Part shown: positions 36,807-47,500 of the stretch, piece after piece
Position numbering within the stretch: position 1 is the first letter of the stretch
How the letters are laid out: the number at the start of each line of letters is the position of its first letter
Source: an uncultured delta proteobacterium
GTDB taxonomy: Bacteria > Bdellovibrionota > FAC87 > UBA2466
DNA: 64,000 nucleotides
Reading direction: 5' to 3'
Assembly: GCA_963778115.1 (NCBI GenBank)
Contig: CAVZSV010000006.1
Coordinates: 1-64,000 of the forward strand
The notes under the pieces: model-generated
Told to the model about the DNA's origin: nothing
Databases searched by the model: none
What the model saw: only the letters and a program-made list of their open reading frames with translations
Translations under genes and position numbers: made by a program

Positions 36807-39585
36807 ACTTATAGAATCGAATTCCTAGTAACATTAAAATAAATAAACTAATCGAACTGAGAGTGGCGCCAAGGTTTAGCCAGGGCTGAGTGTAAGAAAA
36901 AAGAATTCGATGTTGGCCTTGGGTTAGTTCCACACCTGAAAACCCCGAGTTCACTTTCTCGACAATTGCCGTTTTTCCGTCGACTAAAGCATTCCATCCC
37001 GCTCCGTAGGGGATCGAAAAGACAAGCATTTTATTCCTGGCGGTGTTTATCGTTCCCTCAATCTCGGTTTCGGTCTTCCTTTCTACTCGGAAGGGCTCTT
37101 TTCTTAAGTGCTCGACAGAAGCTTTATAGCGATCGGCATTGGGGATAGTATTTCGGAAATTAAGGGTGAAATCGCGGACAATATAACGGCCGGGGAGATT
37201 GGCAAGATCGAAGCGAATTCTGTCGATCCTATCTAAAAATCCTAGGTCGATATGGTAACGGTGTGTTCCCTGGGATACCAGGAAGTACTGTGATCGAGGA
37301 ACGAGAAAGATTCCTTCTCCTTGCCGCCACCAAAGTGTCGCGGTGACATCTTTTGGGCTAGTTATCTGCATATCGACTTGAAACTCCCCTGAGAGGGGAT
37401 GTTCAAGGGGAAGCGTTAGATGAGGATCGGTGAGCTCTGTTTTTATCTCGAGCGAACGGGGGAAGTGATTGTCGATAAGGACGAGGTTTTCGAAGCGGAC
37501 TTTCAAAGTTTGACTTGGATCCAAAGGGCTAAAAGGGGAGCAAGAGGGCTCGGGTAGAAGAGAAGCATATCTTCTAAGTCGTGACCTCGCGGGACTGTCT
37601 GAACTTAACACGACTGCCTCAAGAGAGATCTCATCCTTTTCCAAGGGAGAAAGCGCTTTGAGGTCTTCTTCAAGAATATAGAAGTCAAACGCAATTCCGA
37701 TGGGAAGCGAATACTCATTTTTGTAAAGATTGAGCTTTCCAAAGGTGGCAACGGGGCGATACCCAAAGGGCACATCGGAGTCTCGGGTTGCAAGATGGTA
37801 TTTGACACCAAGAAGAGTGCTAAGTTGGTATCTGTCGAACGGAATCCTAGTGACATTTAAGTTGGGATAGCTCACCTCGCGGTCTTTCAAGAACTTAAGG
37901 TAACTTGAGTTGTTCAAAGAGATGTACGAGGTCGTGCCGTGAAAATATTGGCCGATGGGATCATTCCAGCTAGCACCGGAATAGGATTTGCCGATGCGGA
38001 AAAAATCGGAATCGTTGTTGTTTAAGAATGTTACCGCGGCAACGGTATGATCGAAGATTCCTTGGTGTTCGCGAACATAGCTCGCGTCGAGTAAGACTCG
38101 TTGATTAACGTCAGTATTCGAGTGAACTAAAATTTCCAAAGTTACCATCAGCAAGAGCGTTATTTGGGCCAGGAATTTTGTGGAAGGGCACTGGATACCG
38201 ACTAGGCAAAGCAAATAGATAACCAAAAAAAGGATGACGGAGAAGTTTTCCCGGAATCCAGACCAAACCTCAGTCAAAGGCCAACCATAGATCGGTGAGG
38301 CCAGTGCTAACAGCGCGGAAAATACGGCTACGAGAGTGATGGTCAGCGCCATTAAAAAAGTGCTGCTAAGCCTTTGTCCTTCGATCAGCAGGTTCAAAGC
38401 CTTCATGGCTCCCAGAAGAAGCATTGGGATCAGAAGAAATGTCCATCGGTAAGAGACATAACTAAAACCATTCAGAAGACCGGAAAGAAAAGGAACCGAC
38501 AAGAAAAGTAGTCCCACGGTGAGGCAAAGAAATAGGTAGCGCCGGCTATTACGGGTTAAGATCCATAAAGAGGGCAAAAGTAACAGAGTGAGTAGTCCTG
38601 TATAGACATTGGGGGCTTCGTAGTAATTTCGCCAGTCGTAGAAATGGCGAAGGGGGTGATCCATCGAGACGTGAGTAGAATAAAAGCGGGAAAGAAGAGT
38701 CAGGAAATAAGACGGGCTCGCTAAGCTAATGAGGCTAGGAATTTCCCAAGCGAGCCTCGAGCCTTTCATTACGGTGTAAACGGCTGGCATCAAGGTAAAA
38801 CAGGCAAGCCCAAGCCCCAGCAAAGAAAGGGCGGCCACCTTTGCATTTTCCTTGAGCCATGTCCGCCAGGAAAATCCCATCGCCGCAATTCGGAACTGAA
38901 CATAGATGGCCACAAAGATCGCTATCATGAAGAAAAAGTAGTAGCTCCATGCAGCGGTGGCGAAGACGGAAAAGACGAGCGGAAACCATTTTTTCTTTTG
39001 AAACCATCCCTCTAGCGCCCATAGGATGAAAACCGAACAGACACAAGCGGTGGAAAAGTTATAGTGCTGTCCCCACAAAATGAGATAGCCGTTGAAGGCA
39101 TACAAAACACCTCCAACCAGGGTGGCATAGGAAGCACATCCCATTCTCCTCAAGTAAGCTTGAAAGAAAAGGCCGCTCACCAGGGATTTCAGTAGCACTA
39201 CGTAACCAATAAGAAAGGGGAACGTCTCTTTTTTTACGAGAAAAAGAATCCAATTAAAAGGATCAAAAACCCACTGATTCATCGCGAAAACACTCTGTCC
39301 CGTTCCTATCGAAAAAGACCAAGCGGAAAAGATCCCTTCATGAAACCTTTCATTCCAAAAGGCCAGGTGGGGAAGGCTGTAATACAAAGAGTCGCCACCG
39401 ATATCACTGAAGACGTAGAGCTTCTTAAAAGTCAGAAATTTTCTAAAAACGATGAGACCGATAAGCATAATGAGCCCCGCTGTACTCAGGCTTGTACTGG
39501 TCGGACCTTCCAAAAGCGGGGTGCTGCCATTGTTGCGGCGTTTCATCTCAGTGCTTTGGTAACTTAATTTCAATAATGAAGTCAC
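36796..39585 (-). CDS. YfhO-family membrane protein (GT-C)
   Basis: Many TMs; WSFSIGTG, LLGVKY; C-terminal LVFSIPYGAGWNALVDGK...VNSGFSGVELTQGQHRI.F.Y signature. Confidence 0.88.
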   Translation of the reverse strand: MTSLLKLSYQSTEMKRRNNGSTPLLEGPTSTSLSTAGLIMLIGLIVFRKFLTFKKLYVFSDIGGDSLYYSLPHLAFWNERFHEGIFSAWSFSIGTGQSVFAMNQWVFDPFNWILFLVKKETFPFLIGYVVLLKSLVSGLFFQAYLRRMGCASYATLVGGVLYAFNGYLILWGQHYNFSTACVCSVFILWALEGWFQKKKWFPLVFSVFATAAWSYYFFFMIAIFVAIYVQFRIAAMGFSWRTWLKENAKVAALSLLGLGLACFTLMPAVYTVMKGSRLAWEIPSLISLASPSYFLTLLSRFYSTHVSMDHPLRHFYDWRNYYEAPNVYTGLLTLLLLPSLWILTRNSRRYLFLCLTVGLLFLSVPFLSGLLNGFSYVSYRWTFLLIPMLLLGAMKALNLLIEGQRLSSTFLMALTITLVAVFSALLALASPIYGWPLTEVWSGFRENFSVILFLVIYLLCLVGIQCPSTKFLAQITLLLMVTLEILVHSNTDVNQRVLLDASYVREHQGIFDHTVAAVTFLNNNDSDFFRIGKSYSGASWNDPIGQYFHGTTSYISLNNSSYLKFLKDREVSYPNLNVTRIPFDRYQLSTLLGVKYHLATRDSDVPFGYRPVATFGKLNLYKNEYSLPIGIAFDFYILEEDLKALSPLEKDEISLEAVVLSSDSPARSRLRRYASLLPEPSCSPFSPLDPSQTLKVRFENLVLIDNHFPRSLEIKTELTDPHLTLPLEHPLSGEFQVDMQITSPKDVTATLWWRQGEGIFLVPRSQYFLVSQGTHRYHIDLGFLDRIDRIRFDLANLPGRYIVRDFTLNFRNTIPNADRYKASVEHLRKEPFRVERKTETEIEGTINTARNKMLVFSIPYGAGWNALVDGKTAIVEKVNSGFSGVELTQGQHRILFSYTQPWLNLGATLSSISLFILMLLGIRFYKSKN

Positions 39586-39683
39586 GGGTCTTTTCCTTCG
39601 GATAATCTCATGACGCCTCGAGTTATCGACGGCCTCAGGCTAGAAGACCTTTACCCCGATAAAAGAGGTAGGTCCTTGAGGCT

Positions 39684-41933
39684 ATGTTTAAAGGAAAACA
39701 AACATTTAGGTACCTTCTTCCGCTCGCTATCGCGGTAGTCGCTTGTTACAGCAATATCTTTCATTGTCCGTTCGTTTTTGATGATCTCCCCTACATCCAA
39801 AGAAATTACTATTTACACAGCGCTTCTACCTTAGGAGATCTTTTCTATTTCGCTCCAACTAGGTTTCTGACTTATTTTAGTCTCTTTTTGAATTACCAAT
39901 TTTCAGGCAATAGCGTCTTTGGATACCACTTAGTTAATGTGGCAATCCACATAGCGAATTCGGTCGTTCTCTATTTTTTGACGTTTTCTCTTCTTTCTTT
40001 GCCTGGATTCTCGGGGGGAGAAAAAAAGAGACTCGCCTCGGCCTCAAGTCCCACAATCAAACAACAGCTGGCATTCTTAGTAGCTATCCTCTTTGCGGTT
40101 CATCCGGTTCAAACGGAAGCCGTTACTTATACATGGCAGAGGGGAGCTTCGCTCGCGGCTCTATTCTATTTTTCTTCTTTGCTTTGCTACGTAAGACAAC
40201 TTCTCACGAAGTCCCGTCGTCTGTTATGGGCCTCCTTTTGGTTTGCCGTGGCCGCGATGTTCACCAAGCAGTCTGCAGCCACACTTCCGATTTCCGTTCT
40301 TTTAGTGGATTACTTGGGGATGGGATGGGAAGCCTCTCAAAGAGCTCCCAGACGAAAAAGAGTCATCCCTCTTATTCTTACCTTGATGGTCATTCCGATA
40401 ACGATGTGGATGTTTGGCGACTACGATTGGAAAGAGACTCATTCCGTTATTCCCACCGCTATCTATATTCCCACCCGCATGGAGTACTTGCTCACCCAAA
40501 TAAACGTGGTGCGAGACTATTTTAGGTTACTTCTGTTTCCAGTCACTCAAAACGTAGACTACGATGTGCCCTTGGTGCATTCCTTCTGGCGCGCAGATGT
40601 GATACTTTCCTTGCTCCTGCATATCTCACTGTGGGTCTCGGCTGTCTTAGCCAGAAAAAAGATACCTCTTTATACTTTCGGAATCCTTTTTCTCTACGTT
40701 GCCCTAAGTGTCGAGTCCTCTGTCATTCCTCTTGCTGACGTAGAATTCGAACACCGTCTCTACTTGGCGTCGTTTGGGATTTTCGTGGCCATTGCGAGTC
40801 TCATCAAGTGGGGACTGGCCCGTTTTAGAATCCCAGCCGTTCGAGAGCCGGCTCTTTTCATGCTTTTGTTACTGTTTGTAATTCCCCTTGGATACCTCAC
40901 TTGGGAGCGTAATCAGATATGGCAGTCTACGGAGTCTTTCTGGAAAGACGCAGCCCTTAAGTCACCTAATAAGTCTCGCGCCCTCACCAGCTATGCCAGA
41001 GTGTTACAAACGCAGGGCGATACTGGAGAGGCGCTCCACCTTTTGGAGCGGGCGGTAAAAATAGATCCTAGAAATACGATGGCGGAATTAAGTTTGGCGC
41101 TGCAATACGCTCAGACCGGAAGGAAAGCAAAAGCGTTACTAGCAGCGGAACGAATGGCGAAGGTATCGCCCGATTTGCCCGAATATCTCTATGCGCTGGG
41201 CGGCGTCTATATGATGTCAGGCGAGGGAGAGAAAGCGATACAGCTTCTCAAGCAGGCGGTTTCCGCAAAGAGTTTAGCCACCAATAGTCCCGACTCTTCA
41301 TTCGTTAAACAGAACGCTTACGAAAATCTTTTGAAGCTGGCCATCGCCCGAGGTCTTTACGATGACGTAATCTTTGCGGCAAGAGGGATTCTCGAAATAG
41401 ATCCCTCCAGAACCGATACGCGATCGAGATTGGCCTATGCCCTCCAGAAAAAAGGAGACTTTCAAGGCGCTGAAAAAGAGTATATGGAAATTCTGCGTCT
41501 AGATTCCTATGATTTTGCTACGTATAACAATTTTGCCATACTGTTAGATAAAGAAAATAAGATCGATCGCGCTGTGGCGATGCTAGAAGAGGCTTCAAAA
41601 CTTCGTCCTAACGATATTGCTCCCCAAGTAAATCTAATTATGATGTACACCGAGCGAGGCCAAGCAGACAAAGCAGCTGAACTCTATCATCACCTTCCTG
41701 ACTTCGGAGCGGATGGATGGAAAACCTACGCGATGTTGGGGAGAACGTTTTTCGATAAAGGTCAGTGTAAATTGTCGATTGAACCGATGAACGAAGTTAT
41801 CCGCAGAACTCCTCCTACGGAAATTCACCTTCTGGTGGAGATGCATTCGAAGTTAGCCAAGTGCTATGAACAGTTGGGAGAAACAACCCTCGCCCGTGAG
41901 CATAGCGGTGAAGCACGTAAGTTAAGTAGGTAA
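39684..41933 (+). CDS. TMTC-like GT-C protein glycosyltransferase with C-terminal TPRs
   Basis: FVFDD, YHLVNVAIH, LFAVHPVQTEAVTY..QR, AMFTKQ, EHRLYL, RNQIW, followed by several TPRs. Confidence 0.88.
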   Translation: MFKGKQTFRYLLPLAIAVVACYSNIFHCPFVFDDLPYIQRNYYLHSASTLGDLFYFAPTRFLTYFSLFLNYQFSGNSVFGYHLVNVAIHIANSVVLYFLTFSLLSLPGFSGGEKKRLASASSPTIKQQLAFLVAILFAVHPVQTEAVTYTWQRGASLAALFYFSSLLCYVRQLLTKSRRLLWASFWFAVAAMFTKQSAATLPISVLLVDYLGMGWEASQRAPRRKRVIPLILTLMVIPITMWMFGDYDWKETHSVIPTAIYIPTRMEYLLTQINVVRDYFRLLLFPVTQNVDYDVPLVHSFWRADVILSLLLHISLWVSAVLARKKIPLYTFGILFLYVALSVESSVIPLADVEFEHRLYLASFGIFVAIASLIKWGLARFRIPAVREPALFMLLLLFVIPLGYLTWERNQIWQSTESFWKDAALKSPNKSRALTSYARVLQTQGDTGEALHLLERAVKIDPRNTMAELSLALQYAQTGRKAKALLAAERMAKVSPDLPEYLYALGGVYMMSGEGEKAIQLLKQAVSAKSLATNSPDSSFVKQNAYENLLKLAIARGLYDDVIFAARGILEIDPSRTDTRSRLAYALQKKGDFQGAEKEYMEILRLDSYDFATYNNFAILLDKENKIDRAVAMLEEASKLRPNDIAPQVNLIMMYTERGQADKAAELYHHLPDFGADGWKTYAMLGRTFFDKGQCKLSIEPMNEVIRRTPPTEIHLLVEMHSKLAKCYEQLGETTLAREHSGEARKLSR

Positions 41934-42218
41934 ATTACGCTTCCCGAGGCTCTTCCAAGCGGCTGGAGAATTCGGATTTGCGCAGAAGGTACTCCCGCGC
42001 GGAACAAGGCAATTGTCGACTCCCTAGTGACTACTTTGTAGTCAGGACCCAGATTGTGAAGAATATGATGAAGCATGCCTGAGAAAGAAAGTGTCGACGA
42101 CTTGCGGTATAATTGGTCTTAGCTGAACGTAATTGTTGTTTTAGAACTCCTCGTTAAGAATCCATAACAAAAAACCAAGAAGGTTAGGCGATTTCGTTCA
42201 GCGGGAGTCTAGTCCGCT

Positions 42219-44513
42219 ATGCTCAAGGTTACCTCCAAACTATTTATTTTTTTCATAATAGCTCTTATTTACGGGCTGGGAACCAGTTCTTCTTTCGGCG
42301 ACGACGTCTCCGACGGTTGGACTATCGGGTTGAGCTGTCCTTCGAGTGGGGTAGAGGGGAGCGGTGCTTTTACGTTTGAGAATTCAAGTATCAATGGAAC
42401 CGCAGGTACCTGCACCCGCTTGGATAACTCTTTTACGGAGCTGGTTTTAGGAAGTGCTTCCGGCACAGGAACCGAAGCGGCTTCCCAAGTCTACGCGGTT
42501 CATACGGGCGATGTTCTTATTATTCCCCCTCTTCTTACCGGCGAAACCGAGCCAATCTTTACGGTGGCAAATGCGGCCCCAAGCGGCGGGACTTATAACG
42601 CCAATTGGATCAATGTTCAGTGGAACACTGGAACGGCGACCCTTACCGGTTTCTATGTTATCGGCGCATCCAGCATAAATCCCTCAAGCTCTCCGGGAAG
42701 CAATGGAGTTGTCATCACCAATCAATGGGATGTCCAGGGAAATGAATACTATTCAGGATCGGTCAACATGAACGGATCTTGGGGAACGGGCGGCAGCGTA
42801 GGAATTTACACCTCAAGTTCCAACGGGGGGAACTTGGACGGAACTGCTTACTTTAACGCGGCCGGGGCCGGAGTATTCAAATCAACTCCAGGTAAGGCGA
42901 CCTTTTTCTTCCCTCAACAATCGGTTCCGTTTTCAGCGATCGCCGGACAGAACTTTTCAGGAATCGCTTACGATGCAGCGGGAGATATCCTTAACGTATT
43001 GGGTTCGAGCGATAAGTCGGGTCAGCACATTACGGTGGAGTATTACACCAATGTTCCTAACGGGACTATTTACGCCGATAGTTCGCTCTTGGATACCATC
43101 ACTCTATCGGCCGCTAATTCGCCGGCTAATGGGATCATGGTGGGAACGGTTAGCCGAACTGGCTCGGGGGTCACCAACGGCACGGGTGATATCGCTTGCA
43201 TCGCGGATACGACAAGCAAAGCGCGAATTATATGTAGTGGACAGACACCCGGGAACACTAGCGTTCCTTATAATATCTCTTTGGTGTCGTTCGGAGTTGC
43301 GACGGTATTTTCACCCTCGGAGGTTACGGAGGATGGAATCTATACGGTTGCCGGAAATGGAACTGGTGGCAGTGTTGCGGCTCCTTCGGCTGCGACTTCG
43401 ACGGAATTCAATACTCCCGGAGGTGTTGCGGTCGACTCTTTGGGAAATCTCTACGTGGGAGATCAACTCAATGGCGCGGTCCGAATGATAGTCGCGTCAT
43501 CGGGGACTTATTTCGGACAGACGATGACTAGAGGTAACGCTTACGTCATTGCTGGAGGTTCTTATGGATATTCGCCCGATGGCACGACGGCGACGTCGGG
43601 GGCGTTGGGTTACCCCGCTGGAGTCGCCATCGATAGTTCTGGAAATCTCTATATAGCGGAATCGGGAAATCAAATTATACGAATGGTACCCGCAACCACG
43701 GGAACCTATTTTGGTCGTTCCATGACCGCGAACACCCTTTATACGATCGCTGGAAACGGGGTCGCCGCCTACAGTGGAGATGGCAGTGCTGCCACGAGTG
43801 CCGAGATTCATAGCCCCGTTATCTTGGCTTTAGATACGGCGGGTAATGTGTACTTCAGCGATGCCAATAACAATGCCGTGAGAGTGGTTGCCGCTGCCAA
43901 CGGGACTCATTTCGGAATCACGATGACTGCGGGAAACATCTATACGGTGGCGGGGCATAATGCTTCGGGAGCTTTCGCGGGTGATGGGGGGGCTGCAACC
44001 CTGGCAAGTTTGAATGTTCCCTCGGGAATTGCTTTCGATACCTCGGGAAATCTTTATATAGCGGACTCCTCCAACAATGCGGTCAGAATGGTTCCCACCA
44101 CCTCGACGACCTACTTTGGACAAAGCATGACAGCAAATCATATTTATACGATTGCGGGGCAAGGGGGAACAACGGGAAGTTATGCTGGTGATTTTGGTCT
44201 GGCCACAAGCGCTTCGCTAAACGCCCCCGCTAGCGTCGCAATCGACGTCTACGGCGATGTGGTCATTTGTGATTCGGGAAATAATATTGTTCGAACCGTG
44301 GCATCCCAGGCCGTTACTTATAACGGCTTTACTTCGACGGCCAATTACATCTACCCCGCCGCGGGAACCGGAGGGAGTCCGGGCTATTCGGGTGACACTG
44401 GATTAGCTTACTCCGCGCAACTTCATACTCCTGGCGGAGTTGCGATAGATAGCTCTGACAACGTCTATATTAGCGATGAAAGCAACAACGTGATTAGAGC
44501 TATGAAGCACTAG
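42219..44513 (+). CDS. Exported Ser/Thr/Gly-rich NHL-repeat (teneurin-like) surface protein
   Basis: Signal peptide; six P.GVA.D..GN.Y..D..N..VR repeats with G.GG/GD...AT.A.L linkers. Confidence 0.88.
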   Translation: MLKVTSKLFIFFIIALIYGLGTSSSFGDDVSDGWTIGLSCPSSGVEGSGAFTFENSSINGTAGTCTRLDNSFTELVLGSASGTGTEAASQVYAVHTGDVLIIPPLLTGETEPIFTVANAAPSGGTYNANWINVQWNTGTATLTGFYVIGASSINPSSSPGSNGVVITNQWDVQGNEYYSGSVNMNGSWGTGGSVGIYTSSSNGGNLDGTAYFNAAGAGVFKSTPGKATFFFPQQSVPFSAIAGQNFSGIAYDAAGDILNVLGSSDKSGQHITVEYYTNVPNGTIYADSSLLDTITLSAANSPANGIMVGTVSRTGSGVTNGTGDIACIADTTSKARIICSGQTPGNTSVPYNISLVSFGVATVFSPSEVTEDGIYTVAGNGTGGSVAAPSAATSTEFNTPGGVAVDSLGNLYVGDQLNGAVRMIVASSGTYFGQTMTRGNAYVIAGGSYGYSPDGTTATSGALGYPAGVAIDSSGNLYIAESGNQIIRMVPATTGTYFGRSMTANTLYTIAGNGVAAYSGDGSAATSAEIHSPVILALDTAGNVYFSDANNNAVRVVAAANGTHFGITMTAGNIYTVAGHNASGAFAGDGGAATLASLNVPSGIAFDTSGNLYIADSSNNAVRMVPTTSTTYFGQSMTANHIYTIAGQGGTTGSYAGDFGLATSASLNAPASVAIDVYGDVVICDSGNNIVRTVASQAVTYNGFTSTANYIYPAAGTGGSPGYSGDTGLAYSAQLHTPGGVAIDSSDNVYISDESNNVIRAMKH

Positions 44514-44530
44514 CGATTAGAATTTCTTTC

Positions 44531-47500
44531 TTAGGGCGAGGGTACCATTTCGAAAGCCGTTTCGGATGTTGTTTCGGATGTTGTTTCGGATGTTGTTTCG
44601 GATGCGACTACCGCTGTCTCCGCTACCACCCTTTTAGCCGCATGTTTATGGGGAAGGTATTTCACTAGCTCACGCGATCGGTATTCCCAGTTTTCCAGAA
44701 AGTATTTTGCCGAGTGGCTATTGGTTTCGTTGCGGTAGTCTTCCAGTAGCGCTCGAATCTTCACAGAGTCCGGCTCGTCTAAATCATGGGCCTGAATGTA
44801 GTCGGTATTCGCGTGAACGGCGTACTCTTTAAGAAGATAGAGTTCGCCTCCTGTCATTCCAGCCCCGATATTTTGTCCGGCCTCTCCCAAAATGACCACC
44901 GTTCCTCGTGTCATATATTCGGCGGCGTGTAGGCCCACTCCTTCGACAACGGCGATAGCGCCGCTGTTTCTGACGGCGAAGCGGTTGCCGGCGACTCCAT
45001 TTACGTAAACGAGCCCCCCGGTGGCTCCGTAGAGCGCTACGTTACCAATGATGGTGTTATTCTGGGCGGGATAACGGGCTACTTCCGGAGGAATAACGAC
45101 CAAGGTTCCTCCGGACATCGATTTTGCGACAGAGTCATTTGCTTCCCCGATAAGGCGAACATTCATCCCTTCCTGAAGAAAGGCCGCGAAACCCTGGCCG
45201 GCACTTCCTCGAAAAATTAACTTTCCTGTGGGAATCCTTTTTTCCCAAAGATCCCCAGAATCTCTTTTTCCTTGGGTTCGGTATTTGGCGCGGATGCCGG
45301 CCACGGCTCCATTAAGGGTAGCCAAAGCCGCTCGGTGGGTGGGACGAATGGGAAACTCGAGGCAGAATCCTGAGTCTACCGAACTGACACTTCTTAACAG
45401 GGATTGATTATAGGTGGAAGTGCCTTCGACGTAGGGATTTTGTCTTTTGGCCTTCAGCGGGCGGCTCGGGGAAAAGAAAGCGAGCAAGGAGAGCCCTTTT
45501 TCATTTACCAGAGGTTCGTGAAGGGGATCAATTTCAAGAAGATCGCTTCTGCCCACCAATTGATCTAAAGAGCCCACGCCCAACTGCGAAAGTTGGTTTC
45601 GGACCTCCACCGCTATTAAGGTGAGCAGACGTTTAATCTTATCTTTGGATCCTTTGTACAGCTTGGTGTATCTCGGATCGTGGGTAGCGATTCCCGTGGG
45701 ACAAGTATTTTTTTCGCATACGCGCGCCATGATGCAGCCTTCGGCCACTAACAATAATTTTCCGAAATCAAATTCTTCGGCACCTAAAATGGCTGCGCGT
45801 ATCACATCAAGTGCCGTCGATAATCCGCCGTCGACTCGAAGGGTGACGTAGTGCCGTAGATTTTGCTCGGAGAGCGCCAAATGGGTGTCCCACAGGCCTA
45901 TTTCCCAGGGTAGCCCCGCGTGCTTCATGGAACTTAACGTGGCAGCTCCTGTCCCCCCGTCGTGTCCCGCGATATGAATAGTGTCAGCACCTGCTTTGGC
46001 AACACCGACCGCGATGGTGCCAATATTTTCCCCAGAGACCAATTTAACGCTGATGCGTGCATTGGGCTTTAGCTGGCGTAACTCGAAAATCAATTGCTTC
46101 AGATCTTCGATACTATAGATGTCGTGCATGGGGGGAGGGGAGATTAAATTTACGTTGGGATCCGCATGGCGGGCCTTCGCGATATCGGCGTTAACTTTAG
46201 CCGCCATGAGTTGGCCCCCTTCGCCGGGCTTTGCTCCTTGGCCGATCTTAATTTGAATCTCTTCTCCGGTGATGAGATATTCAGCGGTGACTCCAAAGCG
46301 TCCCGAAGCGATCTGCTTGGTTTGGGCGGAAATATGGTCAGAGAAGTAGTATGGATTCTCTCCCCCTTCACCGCTATTGCTTCGCCCCCCTAACTCACGC
46401 ATCGCTAAGAAAATATCTTTTTGCGCATCTCGACTGATGGCTCCAAAGGACATACCTCCGGATCCAAAGCGTGAAAGGATCGCCTTCTCGGGCATCACCT
46501 CGGACAAGGGAACGGACTCTCCCCACTTTTTGGGACGCAGCAGATGACGAAATGAGATGGGCGTTTCCTGGTCCTCTCCAGTCAGCTCCACGTATTTTGT
46601 TTGCCTGTTCTTCGAGCCTTCCGGTCCCAAATCATCCGCCAGCACTTGGTGAATCTTTCGGGACTTACCGAGTGTCATGGAGTGCTTTTCACCGAACTCT
46701 TTTTGATGCTCCTTATATAGATAGTTATGAAGGAGTCCCGACGACGATCGCGTTTGGGTGAGAGGCTCGGATGAAGTGTTCGCCAATAGGTCCGACACCA
46801 ACTGCTCTAGAGTCAATCCGCCCACGACCGACTGATGACGGGGGAAAAATTCACGGTGCACCTCTTCATGGAGCCCTAATATGGTGAAGAGTTCTGCGCC
46901 TTGGTAACTTTGCAATACCGAAACTCCCATCTTAGACATGACTTTAAGCAGGCCAGCCTCCATCGCTTCCACTACTCGAAGTTCTCGCTCGTGAGCGGTA
47001 GAGGACTCGCCGGCACTCGCTATCTGCCCCAGCCAGGCTTGTGGGTGCGATCTTGCCAGATCTATCAGCAATCTAGGGCAGACGGCTGCCGCTCCAAAAC
47101 CCATCAGGACTGCGAGCTGGTGGACGTTTCGAATCTCTGCAGAATCGACGATAATTGAAGCCCGCAGGCAACCGCCGGCTTTATGGAGCGCCTGAACGAT
47201 CGTGCTCATGGCCAGAAGCGCGGGAAGGGCAGGGGTTTGTTGGCTAGCGTTTCTATCGCTTAAGATAATTAAGCTAATCCGATTAGAAACCGCCTCCAAA
47301 GCCTGTTTTCGAACTTGGTCTATCTTATCGCGAAATCCGTCCATCCCGAGATTGCGGACAAAAGTAGTATCGAGAGTGATGGAATCGGGCCATGGCCCTT
47401 CAAACCCGTTTCGCCGATCCAATTTTCCTAGAAAATCGAGTTGGCCCAGCGTGAGTACGGGGCCGGGCAGATCGATGCCGACTTTAAGCGGTAACAACTC

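Noticed and set aside
41934..42218. Structured ncRNA in the intergenic region (hairpin TGACTAC-TTT-GTAGTCA at 42028-42044, two GTCGAC sites)
   Set aside because: Only a 7-bp stem with no U-tract and no known family motif; could be chance. An Infernal/Rfam scan would decide.
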